Shown here: one piece after another, positions 8,851 to 17,819 of the stretch
Layout: each line of letters opens with the position of its first letter
Numbering within the stretch: the first letter of the stretch is position 1
Assembly (NCBI GenBank): GCA_012962155.1
Contig: DTXZ01000093.1
Location: forward strand, 1-43,822
DNA length: 43,822 bases
Origin: Aquificales bacterium
GTDB lineage: Bacteria; Aquificota; Aquificia; Aquificales; QOAS01
Direction: 5' to 3'
Program-made: the position numbers and the translations under genes
Notes under the pieces: model-generated
What the model was told of the DNA's origin: nothing
Seen by the model: the letters and a program-made list of their open reading frames with translations, nothing else
Database searches by the model: none

Positions 8851-9255
8851 ATGCCTAAGCTGATAAGCATAAAGAGAGAAGTGGGAAAACTTAAAAATAG
8901 ACACCAAAAAAGAAAGAGAAGGCATTTAAGGATTAGAAAAAAAATCTTTGGAACTCCCGAAAGACCGAGGTTGTGCGTTTATAGAAGCGATCATCACTTT
9001 TATGCCCAAATTATTGATGACACCATAGGTCATACCTTGGTATCCGCGTCCTCTATAGATAGGGATTTTGTAAAGAGATACGGTTTTAGGGGAGGAAAAT
9101 CTATACCCGTGGTGGAAAAAGTTGCGGAACTTTTGGTGGAAAGGGCGAAGTCCAAAGGGATTACAAAAGTGGTATTTGATAGAGGGGGATTTAAATATCA
9201 CGGCAAGATTAAGGCTTTTGCGGATAAATGCAGGGAGCTAGGTCTTGAGCTTTAA
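8851..9255 (+). CDS. rplR: 50S ribosomal protein L18
   Basis: Basic N-terminus [24 protein letters not shown] and VFDRGG..YHG. Confidence 0.93.
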   Translation: MPKLISIKREVGKLKNRHQKRKRRHLRIRKKIFGTPERPRLCVYRSDHHFYAQIIDDTIGHTLVSASSIDRDFVKRYGFRGGKSIPVVEKVAELLVERAKSKGITKVVFDRGGFKYHGKIKAFADKCRELGLEL

Positions 9256-9274
9256 TACGTAGGGAGGAAAAATT

Positions 9275-9868
9275 ATGGGTGGAAAATCTATTGACCATAT
9301 GTTGGAACTCAAACAGAGGGAGCAGGAGATAAATCCCGAGGAACTCCCTCTGGAGGAGAGATTAATTCAGGCTAAAAGAACCACCAGGGTTACCGAAGGT
9401 GGTAGAAGATTCAGCTTTTCCGCCCTTGTAGTTGTCGGCGATAAAAAGGGACACGTTGGTTTTGGTCTGGGAAAGGCTAAGGAAGTCCCCCTAGCTATAG
9501 CAAAGGCAATACAGGATGCTAAGAAAAAGGTTATAAGGGTTCCCATAATTAACGGGACCGTTCCCCACGAGGTTATCGGACATTTCGGCCCTACCAAGAT
9601 TATAATTCTTCCCGCCCGTAGGGGAACGGGTATAGTCGCGGGTGGTGCGGCGAAACCCGTTTTTGAATTGGCTGGATATACCGACGTTCTTACCAAAATT
9701 ATAGGTTCCACCAACCCCCACAACGTTTTGAGGGCTGTTTTTGACGCATTCCTGCAAATGGAAACACCCGAAGAGGTTGCAGCTAAAAGGGGTAAGCCTG
9801 TAGAGGAAATTCTTGAAAACTATAGAATTTATGCCACCCGAAGGTATAAACATATCAGACTCTACTAA
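9275..9868 (+). CDS. rpsE: 30S ribosomal protein S5
   Basis: [29 protein letters not shown] and [17 protein letters not shown]. Confidence 0.95.
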   Translation: MGGKSIDHMLELKQREQEINPEELPLEERLIQAKRTTRVTEGGRRFSFSALVVVGDKKGHVGFGLGKAKEVPLAIAKAIQDAKKKVIRVPIINGTVPHEVIGHFGPTKIIILPARRGTGIVAGGAAKPVFELAGYTDVLTKIIGSTNPHNVLRAVFDAFLQMETPEEVAAKRGKPVEEILENYRIYATRRYKHIRLY

Positions 9869-9882
9869 CGGAGGTACGGAAA

Positions 9883-10263
9883 ATGGCGGACAAAATAAAG
9901 GTTAAACTGGTAAGGGGTCTGGCGGGAAAAAGGGAGGAACACATTAAAGCCGTTTACGCACTGGGACTTAAAAAAAGGGGTGACGAAAGAATACTTGCCG
10001 ACGACCCCAGAACTTGGGGAAATATAACCAAAGCTTGGTATTTGGTAGGCGTTGCTTACAAAATAGACTTTTCGGGTGAAATACCGGTTGTAGAAAAAGA
10101 CCTTAGCGGAGAAAACGATAGAAAGATATTGGTTAAAAACGGAGTCTATACCAACGGAAAAGGTATTTATTACTTCTCCCGTATTCCCGACTTGGAAGAC
10201 TTTTTGAGGAAAAAAGGCTACAAAAGATATAAGAATTGGAAAGGGGAAATTATAGAGCTATAA
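9883..10263 (+). CDS. rpmD: 50S ribosomal protein L30 with a ~68-aa C-terminal extension
   Basis: Residues 1-58 (KIKVKLVRGLAGKREEHIKAVYALGLKKRGDERIL...) form an L30 domain. The frame then continues uninterrupted to 126 aa. Confidence 0.85.
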   Translation: MADKIKVKLVRGLAGKREEHIKAVYALGLKKRGDERILADDPRTWGNITKAWYLVGVAYKIDFSGEIPVVEKDLSGENDRKILVKNGVYTNGKGIYYFSRIPDLEDFLRKKGYKRYKNWKGEIIEL

Positions 10264-10302
10264 CTTCCTCTTCTACTACACTTTTAATGGAGGTAAAAAG
10301 TT

Positions 10303-10755
10303 ATGGGTGTAGAATTGCATAACTTACAACCTCACTGGGGTGCAACCAAGGAAAGAAAAAGAATAGGTAGGGGTATAGGTAGCGGTAAAGGAAAAACCGC
10401 CGGAAAAGGTCACAAAGGACAAAAATCCCGTTCCGGAGACCGAACCCTACCTTGGTTTTTTGAAGGAGGTCAGACACCCCTGCATATGAGGATACCCAAA
10501 AGGGGTTTCCGTCCCGTAAACAGAATCGAGTACTCGGTGGTAAATGTTGGAAAATTGGACGAACTATTTGAGGCTAATGCGGAAATAACCCCCGAAGTTT
10601 TGGTGGCCAAAGGTTTGGTTAGAAAAAATCAACCTGTAAAAATTTTAGGTGATGGGGAACTTACAAAACCTCTAATCGTTAAAGCCCACAAGTTCTCCAA
10701 AAGCGCTAAGGAAAAAATAGAAAAGGTGGGTGGCCAAGCTATAGAAATTTCCTAA
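10303..10755 (+). CDS. rplO: 50S ribosomal protein L15
   Basis: LHNLQP..GA.K.RKR.GRG.GSG.GKT.G+GHKGQK.R. Confidence 0.95.
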   Translation: MGVELHNLQPHWGATKERKRIGRGIGSGKGKTAGKGHKGQKSRSGDRTLPWFFEGGQTPLHMRIPKRGFRPVNRIEYSVVNVGKLDELFEANAEITPEVLVAKGLVRKNQPVKILGDGELTKPLIVKAHKFSKSAKEKIEKVGGQAIEIS

Positions 10756-10797
10756 AACCTTTCTCCTTTTCTTACTTTAAAATCTGTTAAATCTCCA

Positions 10798-12051
10798 ATG
10801 GAGTTAAGGATTAGAAATTTTGATAGTTATGAGGAGACTTACCGATACCTTTTAAGGGCTTTAGCGGTTCACGAAAAATTGGTTCCTTTTTTGGCGGAAA
10901 AAACAAATGCATTTAACATATTGGTAGAAAATTTTCCGAAGCAACATTTAAAAGAATTGATAAAAGCCAGTGAAAAGAGTTGCGTAAAGGTTGCTTATCC
11001 AACCCTATTGGAGTTGGCACCCGATTATATAACCCTACTACTTATAGGTAGTGAGTACGACTTTAAAACTCTGGCAAAGGAGTTAAAAAATTATCCCCAA
11101 CTAAACGGGTTGGCGGTGGAACTCATAAAAACCGTGCAACGTTATAAAAAGAGGACTTTTAGGGTAACCTACAAAGGAAAAGTTTTGCCTTTGGGACTAA
11201 AAACCCACATTATGGGTATTGTAAATGTAACCCCCGATAGTTTTTCCGATGGAGGGGAGAACTTTTCAACAAAAGCTGCCGTGGAAAAAGCTTTAAAACT
11301 CGCCCATGAAGGGGCCGACATTATAGATATAGGTGGAGAAAGCACCCGTCCCGGGGCCAAACCTATTTCCGCAGAGGAAGAGTTTAAGAGGGTCCTTCCC
11401 GTCGTTAGGGAACTTAAAAAGGAGCTAGAGAGACAAAAATTAGAAAAAGTTTGGATTTCTGTGGATACCTACAAAAGTGAAGTTGCCAATGCGGTTCTTC
11501 AGGAGGGGGCGGACATTATAAACGACATAAGCGGTCTAACCTTCGACCCCCGCATGGTAGATATAGTAATAAAACACCGTGCACCCGTAGTTGTAAACCA
11601 CATCAAAGGAACACCCCAAACCTGGAGGGATATGGAAATCTCCTATACCGATGTGGTTGGGGAAATAATATCCTTTTGGAATAAACAGATAGTCCTACTA
11701 ATGGAAAGGGGTTACGACGATAGGTCTAAGATTATTTGCGACCCCGGTATAGGTTTTGGAAAATTGCCTGAACATAATATTGAAATACTTAAGAGGTTTG
11801 ACGAGTTTAGGGTTATAGGACAACCTCTGATGGTGGGAGTTTCCCGAAAATCCTTTATAGGGCTTATATATGAAACATTGTTAAACAAAAAAAGTGAAGC
11901 CAAAGAGAGGTTGTTCGGCTCTTTGGGAGCCTTGGCTCCCGCTGTTATAGGGGGTGCCAACATCGTTAGGGTTCACGATGTAGCTCAAACGAGGGAGTTT
12001 TTGGCGGTTTTGGACAGCATTAGAACTTATGATCCTTACTATTTCGGTTAA
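10798..12051 (+). CDS. folP: Dihydropteroate synthase with a ~120-aa N-terminal extension
   Basis: The DHPS core begins near residue 125 (HIMGIVNVTPDSFSDGG, IIDIGGESTRPGA, DTYK, NDISG, DPGIGFGK, GVSRKSF, RVHDV). The preceding ~120 codons are in frame with no stop and no internal ATG. Confidence 0.85.
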   Translation: MELRIRNFDSYEETYRYLLRALAVHEKLVPFLAEKTNAFNILVENFPKQHLKELIKASEKSCVKVAYPTLLELAPDYITLLLIGSEYDFKTLAKELKNYPQLNGLAVELIKTVQRYKKRTFRVTYKGKVLPLGLKTHIMGIVNVTPDSFSDGGENFSTKAAVEKALKLAHEGADIIDIGGESTRPGAKPISAEEEFKRVLPVVRELKKELERQKLEKVWISVDTYKSEVANAVLQEGADIINDISGLTFDPRMVDIVIKHRAPVVVNHIKGTPQTWRDMEISYTDVVGEIISFWNKQIVLLMERGYDDRSKIICDPGIGFGKLPEHNIEILKRFDEFRVIGQPLMVGVSRKSFIGLIYETLLNKKSEAKERLFGSLGALAPAVIGGANIVRVHDVAQTREFLAVLDSIRTYDPYYFG

Positions 12052-12071
12052 TGGGATAATTAATAGCCGCT

Positions 12072-12605
12072 ATGGCTATCAGAGATATCGTTATTTACCC
12101 GGCGGATGTTTTAAAGAAACCAACCCGCAATGTGGAGGATATAAACGACGAAATCCTACAAATAATCGGCGATATGTGGGATACGATGTATGAAAAGGAA
12201 GGGGTAGGTTTGGCGTGTAACCAGATTGGTATAGATTATTCCATAGTAATAGTTGATACTTCGGTAAAAGAAGGTGTTCAACCGGTAAGGATAACTTTAA
12301 TAAACCCCCAAATAATAGCCAGCGAGGGGAAACAAACTTATAAAGAGGCCTGTTTAAGCGTTCCGGGTATATCCGCGGAAGTAGAAAGAGCCTATTGGAT
12401 AAAGGTAAAGGCTTTAACCCCTAAAGGGCAAGAAGAGATTTTTGAATTTGAAGGATTTCCCGCGGTAGTTTTGCAACACGAGATAGACCACCTCAACGGT
12501 AAGGTATACTTGGAACGTCTAAAAGGGTTAAAGAAAAGGCTTGCCCTTGATAAATATAAAAAGGTTCTCCGCCAACTGGAGAGAGCTAAAAAGAAAAACT
12601 CTTAA
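12072..12605 (+). CDS. def: Peptide deformylase
   Basis: GVGLACNQIG, EACLSVPG and QHEIDHLNG metal-site motifs. Confidence 0.93.
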   Translation: MAIRDIVIYPADVLKKPTRNVEDINDEILQIIGDMWDTMYEKEGVGLACNQIGIDYSIVIVDTSVKEGVQPVRITLINPQIIASEGKQTYKEACLSVPGISAEVERAYWIKVKALTPKGQEEIFEFEGFPAVVLQHEIDHLNGKVYLERLKGLKKRLALDKYKKVLRQLERAKKKNS

Positions 12606-12883
12606 GGATTTCCGTAATTCTCCTTGTAATACTCGCTTAGAGTTTTCCTAACCTTTTCCCTCAATTTCAGGTTTACAAATTTAACCACCTCGGTAAAATT
12701 TCCCCCTTTGGTCTGAACGGAGGGGGGGAGTATAAAAACGCTACCGTTATCCTTTTTAAGAAGTTTTATACCCCTAATCTCAATTAAGTTGTCTATAACT
12801 ACATCGGCATATCCTAAAAGGGTTGCGTTTTTCAACTTCAACATAAAGGGGTAAAACTTTTTAATCTCTACCTTCCAATCCAT
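12602..12883 (-). CDS. spoVG: SpoVG-family protein
   Basis: GYADVVIDNLIEIRGIKLLKKDNGSVFILPPS...F.EVV.F......EKV...L.EYY follows the SpoVG pattern (A.asvtlD..f.v..i+v.....g.fvamPs). Confidence 0.7.
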   Translation of the reverse strand: MDWKVEIKKFYPFMLKLKNATLLGYADVVIDNLIEIRGIKLLKKDNGSVFILPPSVQTKGGNFTEVVKFVNLKLREKVRKTLSEYYKENYGNP

Positions 12884-13580
12884 ATTCCATATATTTGACC
12901 AAATCGGCGATTAGTCTACTTTCGTAAACTTTGATAGTTACGTATAGTCGGAAAAGCCTATACTTTATGTCGTTCCCGTAAAAGGCTGCCCCTTTTTGGA
13001 GAATTTTCTTTCCATCCACAAAAGGTTCCGCGATAAAGCCTTTAAACCCGTTTAGGAGTTGGTTTAGCTTGTTATCCCAATAGGATGTATATCTTTTATA
13101 GACCTCCCTTTCAAGTTTGGTTATATCTTCATAGAAAGGAGAAAGGTCGACCTTTATACCCCGCGACAAGAGGAGGCTCTTGAGTTCGTTGTATTCCGCC
13201 AAAAGGTGGGAAAGCTCCTTTCTTACGAGGTTTATATCCTCCTTTATAAGGTTTTTCACCGCAAAGGCGGCTTTCCTAAGTCTTTTTTTATCCCTTTTGT
13301 AATTCGAATAAATATTTAAAACCTCTAGAAGGTTCTGCGGATTCATAAAAGTTATCTCTATATTTCCCTTTTTATAGGAAAGGGCAAAGCCTTTTTTGAG
13401 AAGTTCTTCCGCAAGTTTTTCATCACCCTTTATTGTCACCTTATAGACTGGGGGACTTTCGCAAACCGACTGGGATTGTTCCCTCTCTTTTTCTTGTAGG
13501 AGTTTTAAGACCGTGTAACCTTGTAGGACTAAAAGTAACGAGAGGACAATAGAAGTAAAGAGATAGTAAATTTCTCTCAT
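12861..13580 (-). CDS. Hypothetical membrane-anchored protein (239 aa)
   Basis: One N-terminal TM helix (YYLFTSIVLSLLLVLQGY) is followed by a Lys/Glu-rich soluble region. No motif was recognised. It overlaps secG (4 nt) and spoVG (23 nt), implying co-transcription. Confidence 0.55.
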   Translation of the reverse strand: MREIYYLFTSIVLSLLLVLQGYTVLKLLQEKEREQSQSVCESPPVYKVTIKGDEKLAEELLKKGFALSYKKGNIEITFMNPQNLLEVLNIYSNYKRDKKRLRKAAFAVKNLIKEDINLVRKELSHLLAEYNELKSLLLSRGIKVDLSPFYEDITKLEREVYKRYTSYWDNKLNQLLNGFKGFIAEPFVDGKKILQKGAAFYGNDIKYRLFRLYVTIKVYESRLIADLVKYMEYGLEGRD

Positions 13581-13870
13581 GAAGTTTTATTTTGGCTCTC
13601 AACCCTTTGGGTTTTTAATTCTTTAAATAGGCTATTTTGTTCGCTTTTGGAGATGACCGCTAAAAGGAACGAAAGGACCAGAAAAAGCCCTCCGAGGAAA
13701 AAAGTTATTTTCGCGAGAATGGTATCCGCTTCGGTTCCCCCAAAAAGCGTTTGCATAGGGTTGGAGCCGAAAGCCAATGCGAATTCCGAAGAGCCCCTCT
13801 GCATAAGAATCACAATAATTAGAAGAACGGAAACTATAACAAGTAAGGTTAGGACCGCGGTAGTCAACAT
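13577..13870 (-). CDS. secG: Preprotein translocase subunit SecG
   Basis: Two TM helices with the LMQRGSS loop typical of SecG; 97 aa. Confidence 0.75.
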   Translation of the reverse strand: MLTTAVLTLLVIVSVLLIIVILMQRGSSEFALAFGSNPMQTLFGGTEADTILAKITFFLGGLFLVLSFLLAVISKSEQNSLFKELKTQRVESQNKTS

Positions 13871-13908
13871 TCCAATTTAATTCTAACCGGTTAAACTGCT
13901 TTAGTTTG

Positions 13909-14100
13909 ATGATTACCGGACTTTTGTCCTTTTTGGAGGGGGTAAGGGAAGAATTAAAAAAGGTCGTTTGGCCCTCTAAGGAGTTGGTTATAAGGGCTTC
14001 GGTGGCGGTTTTTATATTTGTAATATTTTTTACCCTATATTTGTGGCTTTTAGATCTTTTATTTGTTAAAATAATTCTTTTGGTTTTCAATAAACTCTAA
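13909..14100 (+). CDS. secE: Preprotein translocase subunit SecE
   Basis: [19 protein letters not shown] then a single TM helix, immediately upstream of nusG as in most bacteria. The ORF track opens one codon earlier at TTG 13906. Confidence 0.85.
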   Translation: MITGLLSFLEGVREELKKVVWPSKELVIRASVAVFIFVIFFTLYLWLLDLLFVKIILLVFNKL

Positions 14101-14111
14101 GGGGCAAAATT

Positions 14112-14867
14112 ATGGCTACCGATGAAAAACAGCGTAGGGAATGGTATGCTCTTCAGGTTGAAGGTGGGAAGGAATTCATAGCCAAAGAGAACCTCTGGCA
14201 ACTAATCCGTCAAGAGGGATTGGAAAATCTGGTTGATGAAATAGTAGTTCCCGCAGAGGAAAAGGTTGTTATCAAATCCCAAGGAAAGGAAAAGTATAGA
14301 TTGCCCCTTAGGGTTCCCGGAAAGGATACCAATAGAGAAATAGACGTTTTGGGTAAATACGGTATTACAACCTTTGTAATAACTCCCGACGGAAGGGTAT
14401 ATGTAAAGGAAAGTGTAGAAGGAGATACCTGCCAAGAGGTTCCTCCTATTTCTAAGGCGGGACAAAAAATCCAATGCAAGAAAAATAAAACCGAAGCCAA
14501 AATTATTTTGGACAATCGCGTCTTTCCCGGATACATATTCCTCAAAGGGGTAATGAATGATAAGCTTCTACGTATCATAGAAAGGGCTCCCCATGTGTAC
14601 AAACCCGTTATCGTTGGGGGAAAAGCGGTATCTATCCCCGAAGAACAGGTTGAAGCCATTTTGGAAAAGGTTAGGAAAGGGGTTAAAGTCAAAAAGGTGC
14701 CTTTCCAAAAAGGAGAACAAGTGCGTATAATAGAAGGCCCTTTTATGGGCTTTACCGGAACTGTCGAAGAAGTTATCCCTGAAAGGGAAAAGGTTGTTGT
14801 TATGGTTAGTATCTTCGGCAGGCCTACTCCGGTAGAGCTGGATTACACCCAGGTAGAAAAACTTTAA
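14112..14867 (+). CDS. nusG: Transcription termination/antitermination factor NusG with an inserted domain
   Basis: NGN domain ([11 protein letters not shown]...FPGYIFLK) is interrupted by a ~78-aa insertion. C-terminal KOW is [24 protein letters not shown]. It resembles my recollection of the Aquifex aeolicus NusG sequence. Confidence 0.93.
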   Translation: MATDEKQRREWYALQVEGGKEFIAKENLWQLIRQEGLENLVDEIVVPAEEKVVIKSQGKEKYRLPLRVPGKDTNREIDVLGKYGITTFVITPDGRVYVKESVEGDTCQEVPPISKAGQKIQCKKNKTEAKIILDNRVFPGYIFLKGVMNDKLLRIIERAPHVYKPVIVGGKAVSIPEEQVEAILEKVRKGVKVKKVPFQKGEQVRIIEGPFMGFTGTVEEVIPEREKVVVMVSIFGRPTPVELDYTQVEKL

Positions 14868-14880
14868 GGAGGCTAGGAAA

Positions 14881-15318
14881 ATGGCTAAAAAGGTGGTAGC
14901 CACCGTTGAGCTGATGATACCAGCTCAACAGGCGTCTCCCGCACCACCGGTTGGTCCCGCGCTCGGTCAGCACGGCGTTAACATTATGGAATTTGTTAAA
15001 GCCTTCAACGCTGCATCGAAAGATTACGAGCCGGGAACCATCCTGCCGGTTGTAATTACCATATACAGCGATAGAAGCTTTACTTTCATTCTCAAGACAC
15101 CTCCGACCTCCTATCTGCTGAAAAAAGCGGCGGGGGTTGAAAAAGGTTCTCCCGAGCCCAATAGGATAAAGGTAGGAAAAATTACCGTAAAACAGCTTGA
15201 AGAAATAGCAAAAACCAAAATGAAGGATATGAATACCAAAGACCTAAAAGCCGCTATGAGAACGGTTGCGGGAACCGCAAGGAGCATGGGTATTGAAATA
15301 GAAGGTTGGGAGGGTTGA
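14881..15318 (+). CDS. rplK: 50S ribosomal protein L11
   Basis: [28 protein letters not shown]. Confidence 0.95.
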   Translation: MAKKVVATVELMIPAQQASPAPPVGPALGQHGVNIMEFVKAFNAASKDYEPGTILPVVITIYSDRSFTFILKTPPTSYLLKKAAGVEKGSPEPNRIKVGKITVKQLEEIAKTKMKDMNTKDLKAAMRTVAGTARSMGIEIEGWEG

Positions 15319-15322
15319 ACCG

Positions 15323-16057
15323 ATGGCAAAAAGGGGAAAGAAATATATAGAGAGGGCAAAATTTGTCGATAAAAACAGAAGATACACCCTTGAAGAGGCG
15401 GTTGATATTCTCAAAAAGATGGCGGAAGAGGTTCCCAGAAACTTTGACGAAACGGTAGACCTCGCTATGAGATTGGGAGTAGATCCCAAATACCCCGACC
15501 AGCAGGTTAGGGGTTCGGTTGTTTTACCCCACGGACTAGGAAAACCTATCAAAGTAATGGTAATAGCAAGTGGTGAGAAACTCAAAGAGGCGGAAGAGGC
15601 GGGGGCTGACCTCGTAGGAGGCGAGGAGCTGGTAAACGAAATACTCAAAGGTAGGGTTGACGTTGAGCAGTTTCACACCGTTATAGCAACTCCCGATATG
15701 ATGCCTAAAGTGGCCAGGCTCGGTAGGATTTTGGGTCCCAGGGGACTAATGCCCAACCCCAAAACCGGAACTGTAACCACCGATATTAAAAAGGCGGTTG
15801 AAGAAGCCAAAAAAGGTAGGGTTGAATTTAGGGTGGACAAAACCGGAAACCTCCATATGCCCGTTGGAAAAATCTCCTTTGACAGGGATAAGTTGATAGA
15901 AAACCTTAAAGCCGCTATAAACGCGGTTGTAGCCGCCAGACCGCCGGGAGCAAAGGGACAATATGTTAGAAATATTGCTCTATCGCTAACTATGGGACCT
16001 TCTGTAAAATTAGATGTGAATAAAACCTTATTAGAGCTCCAACAAGAGGCGGCGTAA
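15323..16057 (+). CDS. rplA: 50S ribosomal protein L1
   Basis: [15 protein letters not shown]+...Q.VRG.V.LPHG.GK and RLG+[16 protein letters not shown]. Confidence 0.95.
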   Translation: MAKRGKKYIERAKFVDKNRRYTLEEAVDILKKMAEEVPRNFDETVDLAMRLGVDPKYPDQQVRGSVVLPHGLGKPIKVMVIASGEKLKEAEEAGADLVGGEELVNEILKGRVDVEQFHTVIATPDMMPKVARLGRILGPRGLMPNPKTGTVTTDIKKAVEEAKKGRVEFRVDKTGNLHMPVGKISFDRDKLIENLKAAINAVVAARPPGAKGQYVRNIALSLTMGPSVKLDVNKTLLELQQEAA

Positions 16058-16079
16058 AGAGTGAAGGGAGGAAAAACCG

Positions 16080-16652
16080 ATGACCGGTTATGTTGTGGAC
16101 GTAAACAGACCAAACTTGGCTAAGAAAAAAGAATTGATAAAGGGATACAAGGAAAGAATTAAAAAGGCAAACTTGGTAATTTTCATAGACTTCAGCGGAA
16201 TAGATGCTTGGCCTATGTCCCAACTGAGAATGGGAATTAGGGAAAAAGGCGGTGAAATGGTAGTCGGTAGAAACACCCTACTTTTTAGGGCCTTTATGGA
16301 TACTCCCGTAGCGGACCACGAAGACGAAGTATTTACGGGTCCCACCGCGGCAATCTTCTCCTACGGGGATATGGTAGAGCTTACCAAATTTGTAGTTGAT
16401 GAAATAATAAAAAAATACGAAACTACCCGAATAAAAGGAGGCTACCTCGTAGAGCAGAACCAATTCCTGTCTCCCCAAGAGGTTGAAGCCATATCCAAAC
16501 TTCCCTCCAGGGAGCAGGCATTGGCTATGCTCATCGGGGCTATCAGAGGGCCCGTTCAAAAACTGTACAGTCTACTCCGGGCTGTGCCTCAAAATCTCTT
16601 GCTTACGCTTAAAGCTTACGAGGAAAAGAAAAAGGAGGGAGGTGAGTCTTAA
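16080..16652 (+). CDS. rplJ: 50S ribosomal protein L10
   Basis: Position between rplA and rplL, an L10-like LR......[11 protein letters not shown] block and a GAAGGGAGG RBS. Confidence 0.9.
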   Translation: MTGYVVDVNRPNLAKKKELIKGYKERIKKANLVIFIDFSGIDAWPMSQLRMGIREKGGEMVVGRNTLLFRAFMDTPVADHEDEVFTGPTAAIFSYGDMVELTKFVVDEIIKKYETTRIKGGYLVEQNQFLSPQEVEAISKLPSREQALAMLIGAIRGPVQKLYSLLRAVPQNLLLTLKAYEEKKKEGGES

Positions 16653-16697
16653 GCTCACCCCTTCTAAACTTTAAAAACTAAAAAGGGAGGTTTAAAA

Positions 16698-17084
16698 ATG
16701 GCTAACGAAAAACTGGAAAAGATTATTGAAGAGCTGGAGCAACTTTCTCTGCTTGAGATTGTTGAGCTAACCAAAATGATGGAAGAGAAATGGGGCGTTT
16801 CCGCCCAAGCGGTTGCCGCCGTAGCGGCTGTTCCCGGAGCTGCCGGAGCCGGGGAAGCTCAACAGGAAGAAAAAACCGAATTTGATGTAGTTCTCAAAAG
16901 CCCCGGTTCTCAAAAAATCAAAGTTATTAAAGTAATAAGGGAGATTACCGGTCTCGGTCTCAAAGAGGCTAAGGCTCTCGTTGATGGTGCACCCGCTAAA
17001 GTAAAAGAGGGTGTATCCAAAGACGAAGCCGAACAAATTAAAGCTAAACTGGAAGAAGTTGGCGCCGAAGTAGAAATCGTATAA
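16698..17084 (+). CDS. rplL: 50S ribosomal protein L7/L12
   Basis: An Ala/Gly-rich hinge is followed by [49 protein letters not shown]. Confidence 0.95.
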   Translation: MANEKLEKIIEELEQLSLLEIVELTKMMEEKWGVSAQAVAAVAAVPGAAGAGEAQQEEKTEFDVVLKSPGSQKIKVIKVIREITGLGLKEAKALVDGAPAKVKEGVSKDEAEQIKAKLEEVGAEVEIV

Positions 17085-17153
17085 ACTCCTAAATATTTTT
17101 TCTTCCCTTTTACTTCTAAACCTTTTCATCCGGTTATCCTTTAAATCCTTTAA

Positions 17154-17816
17154 ATGGAAGGTAAAAAATTACCCATAGCGGTTTTTGTTTCGGGAAAGGG
17201 AACAAACCTTCAGTCCATAATAGATGCCATAGAGGAAGGTAAACTTTCGGCTGAAATAAAATTGGTAGTCAGCAACCGTTCTAAGGCTTATGCCCTGGAA
17301 AGGAGCAAAAGACAAGGAATACCCTACAAGGTTATTCCATCCAAGAGTTTTAAAAACGAACAAGAATGGGGAGAAGAGCTCATTTCTGCGGTGAAAAGTA
17401 GCGGGGCCAAGTTGGTAGTTTTAGCGGGATTTATGAAGATAGTTCCCACCAATTTTATAGAAGCTTTCAAAAATAGGATTATCAATATTCACCCTTCAAT
17501 TTTACCATCTTTCAAAGGTTTGGACGCCCAAGGACAGGCCTATCGCTATGGAGTTACCCTAACCGGTTGTACCGTTCATATCGTCACCCCCGAATTGGAT
17601 GCGGGACCCGTTATAGCCCAAGCGGTGGTTCCCGTTTTACCCAACGATACCGAGGAAACTTTGGCGCAGAGAATTTTAAAGCACGAACACCGCATTTATC
17701 CCCAAGTAATCCAATGGTTTTCGGAAGGAAGGGTGGTCGTAGAAAATGGTAAAGTCACCGTTTTGGGAGCAAGATACGGAACATTGCCTTTTAACCCCGA
17801 ATTGGAAAAGTTTTAA
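17154..17816 (+). CDS. purN: Phosphoribosylglycinamide formyltransferase
   Basis: VF.SG.GTNLQ.IID, NIHPSILPSFKG and GCTVH.V....D.GP.I.Q. Confidence 0.9.
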   Translation: MEGKKLPIAVFVSGKGTNLQSIIDAIEEGKLSAEIKLVVSNRSKAYALERSKRQGIPYKVIPSKSFKNEQEWGEELISAVKSSGAKLVVLAGFMKIVPTNFIEAFKNRIINIHPSILPSFKGLDAQGQAYRYGVTLTGCTVHIVTPELDAGPVIAQAVVPVLPNDTEETLAQRILKHEHRIYPQVIQWFSEGRVVVENGKVTVLGARYGTLPFNPELEKF

Positions 17817-17819
17817 TTT

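Noticed and set aside
8220-8870. A 216-aa ORF antisense to rplF, one of several long antisense or alternative-frame ORFs. Others are 6510-6800, 6601-6927, 9367-9723, 14210-14692, 15244-15648, 15673-16113, 22789-23196, 33198-33620 and 33795-34187.
   Set aside because: Each lies entirely inside a confidently identified conserved gene on the opposite strand. The translations are low-complexity (Ser/Pro/Leu/Phe-rich), with no motifs or RBS. They are typical shadow ORFs caused by codon bias.
13632-14090. A 152-aa minus-strand ORF spanning the secG/secE divergent region.
   Set aside because: It overlaps both secG (different frame) and secE (antisense), both of which have clear family signatures. 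It has no RBS or motif.
16641-16659. Hairpin GGTGAGT-CTTAA-GCTCACC covering the rplJ stop codon, considered as an attenuator or terminator between rplJ and rplL.
   Set aside because: The stem is only 6-7 bp including a wobble pair, and no U-run follows. rplL must be co-expressed with rplJ. At most it is a minor mRNA structure.
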